Shown piece by piece: positions 45,589 through 56,033 of a stretch of 64,000 nt of DNA. The translations under genes and the position numbers were made by a program. The stretch's first letter is position 1, and each line of letters opens with the position of its first letter. Below the pieces are notes generated by a model. It was not told the origin of the DNA. It worked only from the letters and a program-made list of their open reading frames with translations, and made no database searches. Where the stretch lies: assembly GCA_965205485.1 (NCBI GenBank), contig OZ242180.1, positions 64,001 to 128,000 of the forward strand, in the 5' to 3' direction. This DNA comes from Candidatus Latescibacterota bacterium (GTDB lineage Bacteria > Latescibacterota > UBA2968 > GCA-2709665).

Positions 45589-46794
45589 ATGCCACGAAAA
45601 AACACGATTAATCGTCCCATTCCCATTCAAAAAACCACCATTTGCCTACTCTTGGAGACGAGGTCCGTGAAGGCTCCTGCTGAAGTAATCCTTCAACTAT
45701 TGCCAAGGCCGCGAGTGATCATTGAGTTCAAGTTAGAGCCAATTGATTACGAAGCCTCGAACGAGATGCGGTCGAAACAGTGTATGCGGATCCATTTAGA
45801 CGGAGGCCCGAGTATAGATGTATTGGTCGGAGATAGGTGGTTCATTACCAGCTAGAAAATATCCAATTTTCTTGTCCCCATTGAGCAGCCGGTAACCGTT
45901 GTTAACGAAAACACTCCAATTAACAGGTGTAAGTTTGCCTTAATCAACTTTCCAAGTATCTGGGGAAAGCAGGATATCACTGAGAAACTCGGTGATAGGA
46001 ACTATGATGTGACACAACATTTAATCTTGCCAGCCGTCCCTTGGTCGATTGAGATTACGGCCGTAGATTCGTTGATGGTTATCGACCACAAGATGAAACT
46101 GGACGGCGGGTCGGCTATCACTCATTTGGGGTCCATCCGGCAGCTGAATGGCCAAGACTTCCGCGTAAGGGAACTCGAACTCCTGGTGGAGGGACTACAT
46201 CTGTTCCTCTCCTTTGCGCGCGGCTCGTATTGCGGCTTGGCGTTCCTCTCAGCACGAAATTCAAATGACAAACGAGTCTGGCAGCAATGGGGTACTCGTA
46301 GAGTGGATCCGTGGCATCGAGAGTTACCGACTTGGGTCTGCGGTCTCCAAAGTGAGATGTTAACCCCGGTTTTTGAGGGTTTTTGGAGGCGCTTTACTGA
46401 CCGAAGATGGAATAGAGCAATCGCAAATGTGATCCACTGGTATTTGAGAAGTAATGCAAGCGATTTGCCCGAAGTTGGTATAGTACTCACCCAATCTGCA
46501 CTTGAACGATTGTGCTTTGAGACGATTGGCCGTAAATCTAACACGGAAAATTCAGGAGACTGGATAGCCAAGGCTCTGGAAAACTTGGGAATCGAACATC
46601 AAATTCCCCAAGATTGCGGAAATTTGGTTAAACTCGGCAGACAGTTTAATTGGACCCACGGGCCACACGCCATAGTCGATTTACGTAATGACTTGATCCA
46701 CCCTGAAGATCGACATCCCCGCTTGTCACAATCCGTCTATAATGAGGCCTGGGACTTGGGACTGCGCTACATCGCTGGCCAACGGCGCCCCTGA
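45589..46794 (+). pseudogene. ApeA-like HEPN protein with one in-frame TAG (45853-45855)
   Basis: The two ORFs share a frame; FLSFARG, IHWYLRSN, QSALE and RNDLIH (RxxxxH). Confidence 0.7.
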
Positions 46795-47058
46795 TATCGG
46801 CAACCGATCACAGGCCGCCTTGAACGCAGTTGATGTTGCTAAATCTCTTTGGACATACAGGGCAGCATATGAACCGATTGATGCGTGAACAAGGGTATGG
46901 TGCGGCGGTGGAAGTTGTACCTTGGGTTGTGGCGGGAGAGCCATAAGCCAAATCACCTTTGCCAATGCACTCTCCAGATTCCTGGCGTGTGAGAATCTGC
47001 GAGGCGATTCTCGTACAGGTGCCGGCTACAGCTGGATGACATTATCGGAGGATGCACA

Positions 47059-48024
47059 ATGAACGTCTGGGTTATCCGAGCGGACTTCGGGGTTTTTACA
47101 CCCCATTTTCTGGCGGGTGGATACGTCGCACTTGGAGGCATACCGAACCAAGATCTGTCAGCGATAAAGAACCGTGACGAGCTGTATCCGATCTATCGAG
47201 AGACGCATCCGGACGACAAAAGCAATATCGTCGTCGGTCAGCAAGTGGGTCAGTTTGCGCGGTTTCTGCTGGAAATCAAACCGGGAGACTATGTAATCAC
47301 GCCGCCCAAAGACACGGAATGGCTGCATTATGGCAAGGTTGCAGTCGACCCGTACTACTTTTTTGAAGAGAACGACGGATGCCCATATCAACACCGGCGC
47401 AAAATCGAGTGGGCCGAGCGACGCGTGAAGCGATCGGAATTCTCAATTCCATTTCAGAATACGATTCGCTCTTCGTTGACTGTGTTTTACGTGTCACATG
47501 GACAGGAGTTTCTCACAAGAATTGGAGTACTCAATGGCGAATCCAAGCCGGGGCCTGGATCAGAAGATCCGTATCGGGTGGTCCTCAATCAGATTCTCGA
47601 ACTTGATGCCGGCGAATTCGAGATCCTGGTTGGACACCTTCTGACGGCCCTCGGATTTGAAGGTTCCGAGGTCGTTGGCAAACCGGGCGACGGTGGCGTA
47701 GATGTCACCGGCGAGTTAAACGCATCGAACCTGGCTACGATAAGTGTTTTCGTTCAAGCGAAGCGATACAGCTTGCAATACAAAGTCTCGGCGAAAATTG
47801 TAAAGCAACTTCGCCAAGCTATTCCGTTTGGTGGTCAAGGTGCATTTATCACCACTGCGGATTATCAGGCCAATGCTAGAGAAGTGGCGGTTGAGGAAGG
47901 CTTTCCGCGCATAGGCCTGATTAACGGCCATCAGTTGGTCGACCTACTTGTCGAGCATTGGGGTTCCATTCCTGAGGAATTCCGAGACAGGCTGGGACTC
48001 AGACCAGGTTTAGTTCGTGTATGA
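47059..48024 (+). CDS. Mrr-like type IV restriction endonuclease
   Basis: FEILVGHLLTALGF, DGGVD, VQAKRY, LINGHQLVDL. Confidence 0.88.
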   Translation: MNVWVIRADFGVFTPHFLAGGYVALGGIPNQDLSAIKNRDELYPIYRETHPDDKSNIVVGQQVGQFARFLLEIKPGDYVITPPKDTEWLHYGKVAVDPYYFFEENDGCPYQHRRKIEWAERRVKRSEFSIPFQNTIRSSLTVFYVSHGQEFLTRIGVLNGESKPGPGSEDPYRVVLNQILELDAGEFEILVGHLLTALGFEGSEVVGKPGDGGVDVTGELNASNLATISVFVQAKRYSLQYKVSAKIVKQLRQAIPFGGQGAFITTADYQANAREVAVEEGFPRIGLINGHQLVDLLVEHWGSIPEEFRDRLGLRPGLVRV

Positions 48025-48042
48025 ACGACAACTCCAAGGGGG

Positions 48043-48132
48043 CGAATCTCCACTCTCCGTTTATCCAATGCGATATCTCGTTTACGAGATTCTCTCTTGC
48101 CGAAGTTGTTGTCCAGGTATATGCAGGTGAGG
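48043..48132 (+). pseudogene. Relic of an hsdS 3' end
   Basis: Translates RISTLRLSNAISRLRDSLLPKLLSRYMQVR; compare HsdS ESRILTAKRDALLPRLMSGRL. Confidence 0.7.
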
Positions 48133-48188
48133 GTTCGCTGCAATCGGACGCAGAATAGACAACCGACATTTTATCGGAGGTTAGAGTT

Positions 48189-48578
48189 ATGGCCACCAAG
48201 CGCGCATTTATCAGCTTTGACTTCGACCATGATGAAGACCTGCGTGTCCTACTCGTTGGTCAGGCGAAGAATCCAGATTCACCTTTTCATATACTCGACT
48301 GGTCCGTAAAGGAACCCTTTACTGGAAATTGGAAAGATAAGGTCCGTCAACGCATTCGCAGAACCGACCTCACAATTGTGATCTGCGGCAGATACACCCA
48401 TACAGCAACTGGTGTCGCAACGGAGCTATCAATCACACGAGACGAGGGTAATCCGTATTTCTTGCTGAGCGGTCGTACTAGTACGACGGGGAGAAAACCG
48501 ACGTCTGCCTTCAGTTCAGACAAGATATACAATTGGACGTGGGACAACCTCAAGCTGCTGATCGCAGGGCGGAGATAA
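48189..48578 (+). CDS. ThsB-like stand-alone TIR domain protein, copy 1
   Basis: RAFISFDFDHD, DWSVKEP, IVICG, GVATE (putative catalytic Glu79), WTWDNL. Confidence 0.85.
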   Translation: MATKRAFISFDFDHDEDLRVLLVGQAKNPDSPFHILDWSVKEPFTGNWKDKVRQRIRRTDLTIVICGRYTHTATGVATELSITRDEGNPYFLLSGRTSTTGRKPTSAFSSDKIYNWTWDNLKLLIAGRR

Positions 48579-48581
48579 GAT

Positions 48582-49106
48582 ATGGATAAAGAGCAGCGAA
48601 ATCGACTATTCAACTTCACAAAGGAAACCTACGAGGGTTCCTTCAAGCCAGACCTGCTTGAGCAGTACAAGCTGTACGTGCAGTCTGTCGACAACGTCAG
48701 TGCCCGACGGATCGGGTCTAGCAGGTATCTCTTGACCGTAAACGCCGCTCTAATTGCCTTGTACGGCTTCCAATCGGCGAATACAGGTCAAATATTCTTG
48801 ATGGTTCTTGTTGCCATTGCCGGGATCGTTGTCTCGCTGCTTTCTTACAATATCATCAAATCACATAGCGATCTGAACGCGGTTAAATTTAAAGTGATCG
48901 ACGAACTCGAGCAGCAATTGCCCGCAGCTCCCAATGATTACGAGTGGCAGTTGCCGAAGGAAGGAGACAGCAAGGTGTACCGTTCTGTGTCGCAAATCGA
49001 ATTTAGGATTCCGACTGTGTTTCCATTTTTGATCCTTGTCGCCCGATCCGTGTGGATAAGCGTCTTTCGAAGAAAATCTTGCACACGGGTAGCGTATATG
49101 TTCTGA
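48582..49106 (+). CDS. Small 3-TM membrane protein (RipA-like), copy 1
   Basis: [17 protein letters not shown] pair, LNAVKFKVI.ELE..LP...EW. Confidence 0.75.
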   Translation: MDKEQRNRLFNFTKETYEGSFKPDLLEQYKLYVQSVDNVSARRIGSSRYLLTVNAALIALYGFQSANTGQIFLMVLVAIAGIVVSLLSYNIIKSHSDLNAVKFKVIDELEQQLPAAPNDYEWQLPKEGDSKVYRSVSQIEFRIPTVFPFLILVARSVWISVFRRKSCTRVAYMF

Positions 49107-49231
49107 ATTCTACTGATTGCAACACTCGACGAAGCCATCAATCGATACGGCGTCGAAATACATTGTCGTCAGAATCAATAATTCGGTGCGTCCAAAGCGC
49201 GAAAGTTACGTGCGGCCTTTGAAAAGGATAC

Positions 49232-49416
49232 CGTTTACCGAAGCCGATGTTGGGCAGGCAACCCAAAAAACGGGTTTCGGATTTCGCTTAGCAGGTCTTG
49301 CACGGTTCGAACTCCGCACCTGAAATGCCGAATGCCGAGGGAGACAAGTGCGGGCAAGTCGTGCCTAACCGCAGGCTTCGCGATGCAAGCGCCGAGATCA
49401 AACCTACCACCTGCCT
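49232..49416 (+). pseudogene. Relic of an hsdR 5' end
   Basis: PFTEADV.QA ... QVLHGSNSAPEMPNAEGDKCGQVVPNRRLRDA; aligns at DNA level with 50344-50480. Confidence 0.85.
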
Positions 49417-49459
49417 GAAATGGCAGAACCAAACACCTACCGTCGAATAGGAGGTACCG

Positions 49460-49849
49460 ATGGCGACGAGGAGAGCGTTTATCAGTTTCGACTACGACCA
49501 CGACAATGACCTTCGGGGCGACTTAGTCGCCCAAGCCTCGAATTCCGACTCGCCTTTCAGTATCACAGACTTTTCGGTGAAGGCGCCGATAGACGAGAAA
49601 TGGAAAAGAGAGGTTCGCGAGCTAATTCGAAGCGCCGACCTTGTGATTGTTATCTGTGGAGAACACACCCACGATGCGGCGGGTGTGGCAGCCGAAGTGA
49701 CTATTGCTCGGGAGGAGGGCAAGCGATATTTCCTGCTGAAGGGACGCAGAGAAAAGACTTGTACAAAACCCAGAAACACTCGCACGGACGACGAAATGCA
49801 CAAGTGGACCTGGTGGAATCTGAAGAATCTGATTGAAGGCGCGAGATAG
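49460..49849 (+). CDS. ThsB-like TIR domain protein, copy 2
   Basis: AGGAGG RBS; 75/129 identical to copy 1 without gaps (manual count); GVAAE. Confidence 0.85.
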   Translation: MATRRAFISFDYDHDNDLRGDLVAQASNSDSPFSITDFSVKAPIDEKWKREVRELIRSADLVIVICGEHTHDAAGVAAEVTIAREEGKRYFLLKGRREKTCTKPRNTRTDDEMHKWTWWNLKNLIEGAR

Positions 49850-49853
49850 ACCG

Positions 49854-50342
49854 ATGCCCGAACAGCCAGTTAAGCGCTTGATCCATCATACAAATGAAAC
49901 TTACAGTGGCTCTTATTGTACGGATCTATTGGAACAGTACAAGCTCTACGTGCACTCTGCCGAAAACGTGAGTGCACGTCGAGTCGCTTCGAGCCGGTAC
50001 CTACTGACCCTAAACTCCGCCATCATTGCACTCTACGGACTTCAGTTTGCGGGTTCGGAGGGAAGCATTTTGGCACTGCTTATTCCGATCATGGGTATAC
50101 CGGTATCGATAATGTGGTATATGATTATCAAGTCCCACACGGATCTGAACCGCGTGAAGTTTCGTGTGATTCACGAATTCGAGGAGCATCTCCCGGCAGC
50201 GATGTACAAGTATGAGTGGCGATTAGCTGATGAAGGAAAAGGCAAGACTTATCGGGCAGTAACGACCATTGAACAATGGATCCCCTTCCTTTTCGGTGCA
50301 TTGCATGTGGCTCTGGCGACAATGCTTGTCCTTAGCCCTTGA
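49854..50342 (+). CDS. Small 3-TM membrane protein (RipA-like), copy 2
   Basis: Paralog of 48582-49106; three hydrophobic helices. Confidence 0.78.
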   Translation: MPEQPVKRLIHHTNETYSGSYCTDLLEQYKLYVHSAENVSARRVASSRYLLTLNSAIIALYGLQFAGSEGSILALLIPIMGIPVSIMWYMIIKSHTDLNRVKFRVIHEFEEHLPAAMYKYEWRLADEGKGKTYRAVTTIEQWIPFLFGALHVALATMLVLSP

Positions 50343-53300
50343 GTGGCTTTCGGGTCTCGGTTGGCAGGTTATCCATGGTCCGGACATCGCGCCGGAGATG
50401 CCGACTGCCGAGCGAGACGACTACGGGCAGGTCGTGCTCGACCAGCAGGCTTCGTGACGCCCTCGCCGAATTGAATCCATCCCTTCCCCCATCCGCCTTG
50501 GACGATGCCTACCGAAAGCTGACCCGTCCCGAAGGTTCCACCCTCGAAGCCCGAAATCGCACGTTTCACCGGATGCTCGTGGACGGCGTGGAAGTCGAGT
50601 ATCGAGATACGAAGATGGACGCGTGCGCGGCGATCAGGTTCGCGTCATCGATTTCGACAATCCCGATACAAAACGACTGGTTGGCGGTCAATCAGTTCAC
50701 GGTCACGGAGAACAAGAACAACCGCAGGCCGGACGTCGTGTTGTTTGTCAACGGTCTTCCCCTCGGCTTGATCGAACTGAAGAATCCAGCGGACGAGGAC
50801 GCCACGATCTGGACGGCGTGGAACCAACTCCAGACGTATAAGGCCGAACTGCCTTCGCTGTTTTCGATGAACGAAGTGCTCATGGTGTCGGACGGGACGG
50901 AAGCGCGCATCGGAACGCTGACATCGGGAAAGGAGTGGTTCAAGCCCTGGCGCACGGTTGCCGGGGAGGAACCGGCCGACCGGCTCTTGACCGAACTCCA
51001 GGTGATGCTCGAAGGCGTCTTTAATAGAGGTCGTTTCCTGGCACTTGTACGCGACTTCGTTGTTTTCGATGACGACGGCAGCGGCGCGCTGGAGAAGAAG
51101 ATGGCCGGCTACCATCAGTTTCACGCTGTCAGGGCCGCCGTCGATGAAACGCTTCGCGCAACGGAACTTCAGCTAGCGACGCCAAAAGCAGCCGAAGCAG
51201 GGCCTCTCTATACCGGTCAGACGAAGCCGGGCGGAGATCCCGGCGACCGGCGCGTGGGAGTCGTGTGGCACACCCAGGGGTCGGGCAAGAGCCTTACAAT
51301 GGCCTTCTACACGGGGGCGATCATCCGTGAGCAGGCGATGCAGAACCCGACGATCGTGGTTCTTACGGACCGAAACGATCTGGACGACCAGCTTTACGGT
51401 ACGTTCTCCCGCTGCCAAGACCTGTTGCGGCAGCCGCCGACACAGGCGGAGAGCCGGGCCGACTTGAGAAACAAGCTGTCGGTGAACGCCGGGGGTGTGG
51501 TCTTCACGACCATCCAGAAGTTCTTCCCGGAAGAGAAGGGCGATACCCACCCTCAGTTATCCGACAGGCGCAACATCGTGGTCATCGCGGACGAGGCCCA
51601 CCGGAGCCAGTACGACTTCATAGACGGGTTCGCCGCTCACATGCGAGACGCGCTGCCCAATGCCTCTTTCGTTGGATTCACGGGAACGCCGATAGAACTC
51701 CGCGACGCCAACACACGGGCCGTGTTTGGCGACTACATCAGCATCTACGACATCCAGCGCGCCGTTCAGGACGGGGCCACGGTGCCGATCTATTACGAGA
51801 GCCGCCTGGCCAAGCTGGCCCTGGACGAACGCGAAAAGCCGAAGATCGATCCGGAATTCGAGGAAGCCACAGAGGGCGAGGAGGTTGAGCGCCGGGAGAA
51901 GCTGAAGACGAAAGTGGGCGCAACTGGAGGCAGTGGTCGGCGCGGAAAACCGCGTCCGGCAGATTGCCGAGGATATTGTGGACCACTATGAGCAGCGGCT
52001 GGAGGTCCTGGATGGCAAGGCGATGTTGGTCTGCATGAGCCGGCGTATCTGCATCGACCTCTACCGCGAATTGGTCCAACTGCGGCCCGACTGGCACGAT
52101 GACGCTGACGAAAAGGGAGCCATCAAGGTGGTGATGACCGGCTCCGCTTCCGACCCGTCGATTGGCAGCCTCACATACGAAACAAGCCGCGCCGGGAAGC
52201 CCTGGCAAAACGCTTCAGAGATGCTGACGATCCCCTGCAGGTCGTGCTGGTGAGGGACATGTGGCTGACGGGGTTCGACGCGCCCAGCCTGCATACGATG
52301 TACGTGGACAAGCCGATGCGGGGCCACGGTCTGATGCAGGCCATCGCCCGGGTGAACCGGGTGTTCAAGGACAAGCCCGGCGGGCTGGTGGTGGACTACC
52401 TCGGATTGTCGCAGGATTTGCGACAAGCGCTGGCTACGTACACCGAGAGCGGCGGCACTGGCAGTACGGCTGTGGACAAGAAGGAAGCCGTGGCGGTCAT
52501 GCTGGAGAAGTACGAGGTGTGTAGCGGGCTGTTTCATGGTTTCGACCGGACGGCATGGACAAGGGGTACTCCGCAGGAGCGATTGAATCTGCTGCCCGCT
52601 GCACAGGAACACATCCTCGCCCAGGAAGACGGCAAAGAGCGCTGCCTGAACGCGGTGCGAGCGCTGTCTCAGGCCTTCGCACTCGCCGTGCCACACGACG
52701 AAACGACGCGCATCAGGGACGACGTGGCGTTCTTTCAGGCGGTGGCGGCCGCCATATCGAAGCGCTCCGCATCTGAGAAGCGGACCGAGGAAGAGTTGGA
52801 CCACGCTGTGCGGCAGATCGTATCCAGCGCGGTCGCCTCAGAGGGCGTGATGGACATCTTTGCCGCCGCTGGACTGGACAAGCCGGATATTTCGGTATTA
52901 TCGGACGATTTTCTCGCCGAGGTCCGGGGTATGGAGCACCGCAACCTGGCCGTGGAATTGCTGCAGAAACTGCTAAAGGGCGAAGTCTCCATCCGTCGGC
53001 GCAAGAACGTCGTTCAAGCCCGGTCCTTTGCCGAGATGCTGGAGCAGACCCTGCGGCGTTATCAGAACCGTGCGATAGAGGCGGCGCAGGTGATCGAGGA
53101 ACTGATTGAACTGGCGAAAGAAATGCGGGAGGCAAACGAGCGGGGCGAACGGCTGGGGCTGTCGGAGGACGAGTTGGCCTTCTACGACGCCCTTGAGACG
53201 AACGACAGCGCGGTGAAGGTTCTCGGCGACGAGACCCTGCGCGACATCGCGCGACAACTCGTCGAGACGGTCCGCGGAAACGTGACCATCGACTGGACCC

Positions 53301-53446
53301 TGCGGGAGAACGTCCGCGCAAACCTCCGCCGCCTTGTCAGGCGCATCCTTCGCAAGCACGGCTACCCGCCAGATAAGCAGGAAAAGGCGACGCAGACAGT
53401 AATCGAGCAGGCGGAAGCGCTTTCGGCGGGTTGGGCGGTGGCGTGA
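50333..53446 (+). pseudogene. hsdR: Type I R-M restriction subunit with about 5 frameshifts in this sequence
   Basis: [58 protein letters not shown]. Confidence 0.93.
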
Positions 53447-53506
53447 GGTAAACTGGCGGACATCCAAACCCCTGCTCAGGAAATTTTGACATTGACGGAG
53501 GAAGTA

Positions 53507-54514
53507 ATGGCGGAGAGCGAAGAAAGGACCGATCCACAGCAAATTCAGTTCGTAAAGGGATCAGGTAGCACGATAACCATTGGCAACAGGGACAGGGAAG
53601 AGAGAATCCGCGAGGCGATTGTTGACCTCAGAATTGCAATTGGTGGATGCGCAGCTCAACCCCAAGATCGGCTCAATGACACGGTAGGATCCCTCGCGCG
53701 GCACAGTTCCATCTTCCTGAGAAAGATGGTGCTTGGCGACGATCGGAACTCACGCTTGCTGGACGCCGAGTTTTGTCAGAAAGCGAAACTGCGATTCAAC
53801 AGAATCCGGAAGGTCCATGGCAACCGGCGATTTTTTACTCTCGTCCCTGTCGACGTCACCAGAGGTTACTTGCAGGCTACCAAACTTGATGAAGAGACCG
53901 GGGAACCAGAGGTTACGCATGTAATTCCCGTGGGCCCTCAGCGGCTTTGTTTTGTAATCGATTGGCCCTTGTCCGGCATGACGGATTGGCTCAACCAGCC
54001 GACGGAGGAAACTCCTTGGGCGATAAGGCCCAACGGCTTGTTTGAGACGAAGTCGGGACAAGGGCTCGACTGCGACGAATGGCTCGGACAGCAACTGGTA
54101 ATGTTCGACAACCGGGGGATCACTTTAAAGGATGTCATAAGGGTAACTGTCAACACAGAAGCGGCTCACTCCCCTCCTTTGATGCGGCTGTCGCTGCCGG
54201 ATGGAACCGAGGACAAAGCCAGGTTCAGAGTCATTAAGGATCGTGAGATTCATATTCTTAGCCACATCTTGATCTGTGGTGTGCGGTACAGCCATGCGAT
54301 CGTGATTCAGGCGGCTATGGATCTGTACCAAACGCTGGCTCAGTACGCGTCCGATTTGCAGCCAAAAGACGATGTGGGCATCCCGGTTTTCTGCTTTATA
54401 CCAGATGACGTATTCTCGCCAGACCAAGCCTGGCTACGTTTCGATGGGGGACTCGCGATGTCTTTCGGAGGCACTGGGCAGTCCGTGACCCATCGAGTTC
54501 GGGCGCCCCGGTAA
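53507..54514 (+). CDS. Hypothetical protein (335 aa)
   Basis: Long ORF with GGAGG RBS just after hsdR. Confidence 0.8.
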   Translation: MAESEERTDPQQIQFVKGSGSTITIGNRDREERIREAIVDLRIAIGGCAAQPQDRLNDTVGSLARHSSIFLRKMVLGDDRNSRLLDAEFCQKAKLRFNRIRKVHGNRRFFTLVPVDVTRGYLQATKLDEETGEPEVTHVIPVGPQRLCFVIDWPLSGMTDWLNQPTEETPWAIRPNGLFETKSGQGLDCDEWLGQQLVMFDNRGITLKDVIRVTVNTEAAHSPPLMRLSLPDGTEDKARFRVIKDREIHILSHILICGVRYSHAIVIQAAMDLYQTLAQYASDLQPKDDVGIPVFCFIPDDVFSPDQAWLRFDGGLAMSFGGTGQSVTHRVRAPR

Positions 54515-54797
54515 CGTGATTGTGTGGACATCGCCCGCAATAAGGACTCGTCTTCATCGCCACTAGAAAGGTGCGAGTGTCGAGAACCCCGTCGCATCCG
54601 CCACCTTCCGTCCGACGGGCTTGCTCGTCTCATGTTGCGGCAGAGCATAGCGACATCGAGCCATGAGCCGTGCGCAGTATGTTTCAGGCAAATTCGATGC
54701 CTATCGCCAGAAACTTCGGGAATCTCGTTAGCTGTGTCCGGTCTCTTCGGTTTGTTTGTCCCGGCTGCGCTACACACTTGACTAACTGGAGGAACAT

Positions 54798-55469
54798 ATG
54801 GGCGGAATCGCCAGCCTAGAAGAGGCTTGTTTTGCGAAATGGCAAGAACGCCGCCCGCTCGCCGTTCCTGACGGGGCTGTACATCCTGCGACATATGAAG
54901 CCAGCGACCCAAAGCTCCTTTTCATTCTCAAGGAAGTGAATGACATCCATGATCCCAATTGGGACCTCCGCGAATTCCTGCGCAAGGATTGTGGGCGGCG
55001 ACAAACGTGGAATAACGTGGCGCGGTGGGTGACAGCGCTAAGCCTGGGAGGCGCAAACCGCCGATGGGATCAAATACGCGACGTTGAGAACGTCAGACGC
55101 TGTCGCCTTAGAGGCATCGCAGCGATGAACGTAAAGAAGACCACCGGAAGTGGTTCGTCAGACTGGAATGAGCTTGCAAAGTTCGCAAGCGAGGACGCTT
55201 GTCATCTGAAGGAGCAATTTGGAATCTACGAGCCAGATATCGCTGTCTTGTGCGGCGTTCCGCTCGATTGGATCCCGCAGTTTAAAGGGATCGATCCTCA
55301 GCATACGAGACGGGGCATCGAGTTTCGAGAATACAAGAAAGCGAAGTTCGGAATCAGGTTTTGGCATCCCCAGGCCCGGTATCCCGCGCAGTTTCTTTAC
55401 TACTCGCTGGCAGACGCTGCTACCGAAATTCGAGAGCAAAGCCGGATTTCGGCTACTAATGGCAATTGA
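54798..55469 (+). CDS. Uracil-DNA-glycosylase-superfamily-like protein
   Basis: KLLFILKE.N, IAAMNVKK, PDIAVLCG and HP motifs in UDG-fold order. Confidence 0.6.
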   Translation: MGGIASLEEACFAKWQERRPLAVPDGAVHPATYEASDPKLLFILKEVNDIHDPNWDLREFLRKDCGRRQTWNNVARWVTALSLGGANRRWDQIRDVENVRRCRLRGIAAMNVKKTTGSGSSDWNELAKFASEDACHLKEQFGIYEPDIAVLCGVPLDWIPQFKGIDPQHTRRGIEFREYKKAKFGIRFWHPQARYPAQFLYYSLADAATEIREQSRISATNGN

Positions 55470-55651
55470 CTATTGACCTTCCAACGAGGCGGCCAGCCGC
55501 TGCTCATTCGCATTCTAAATCGTTCTCTAATTTCCATGCGGAAAACGCCGCACGGACATTTTCGCAAAGGGAGCAGGAGCGGCGTATTCCGTAGAGCAAG
55601 CCAATTGAGCAGTTGATCGGCAGTTCAGGTATCGACACAGGATCGGCAATC

Positions 55652-56029
55652 ATGGCGCCGACACTGAAGGAACTGATCGACCACGCTCGCTGGCGAAAGG
55701 CGGTTACCTATCGGGATACGTGGCCCCACGAATACGTGATGTCCGAAAGTGACCGGCAGGACGAACTCCTCAGCGCAATCTGCGAGCGGTTCCGCGCCGG
55801 CGAGGGTGTGGCTTGTCGCTTCTTCAGCAGTGACAATTCGTACCTATTTATCGGCAATTACAAATACTGGCTGATGACTCACTGGGACGCTATAGAGCCC
55901 GGTGTCAACTACGTGATTAACCGGGCCAGGCTGTACCGCGACCGCAGGGACTTCGTTATCCAGCATGGGGATACGGGGAAGCCGGATGACTATCCTGTTA
56001 CGCCGGCGAACGACGGTCACGACGATTAG
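55652..56029 (+). CDS. Hypothetical protein (WPHEY...YKYW.M...INRA)
   Basis: Aromatic-rich motifs; clean ORF. Confidence 0.7.
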   Translation: MAPTLKELIDHARWRKAVTYRDTWPHEYVMSESDRQDELLSAICERFRAGEGVACRFFSSDNSYLFIGNYKYWLMTHWDAIEPGVNYVINRARLYRDRRDFVIQHGDTGKPDDYPVTPANDGHDD

Positions 56030-56033
56030 AGCA

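Noticed and set aside
45853..45855. Pyrrolysine or recoded stop
   Set aside because: TAG terminates normal genes here; no pyl genes; a simple nonsense change or error is likelier
48189..50342. Canonical Thoeris, CBASS or Pycsar
   Set aside because: No ThsA SIR2/Macro effector and no cyclase; kept as a non-canonical candidate
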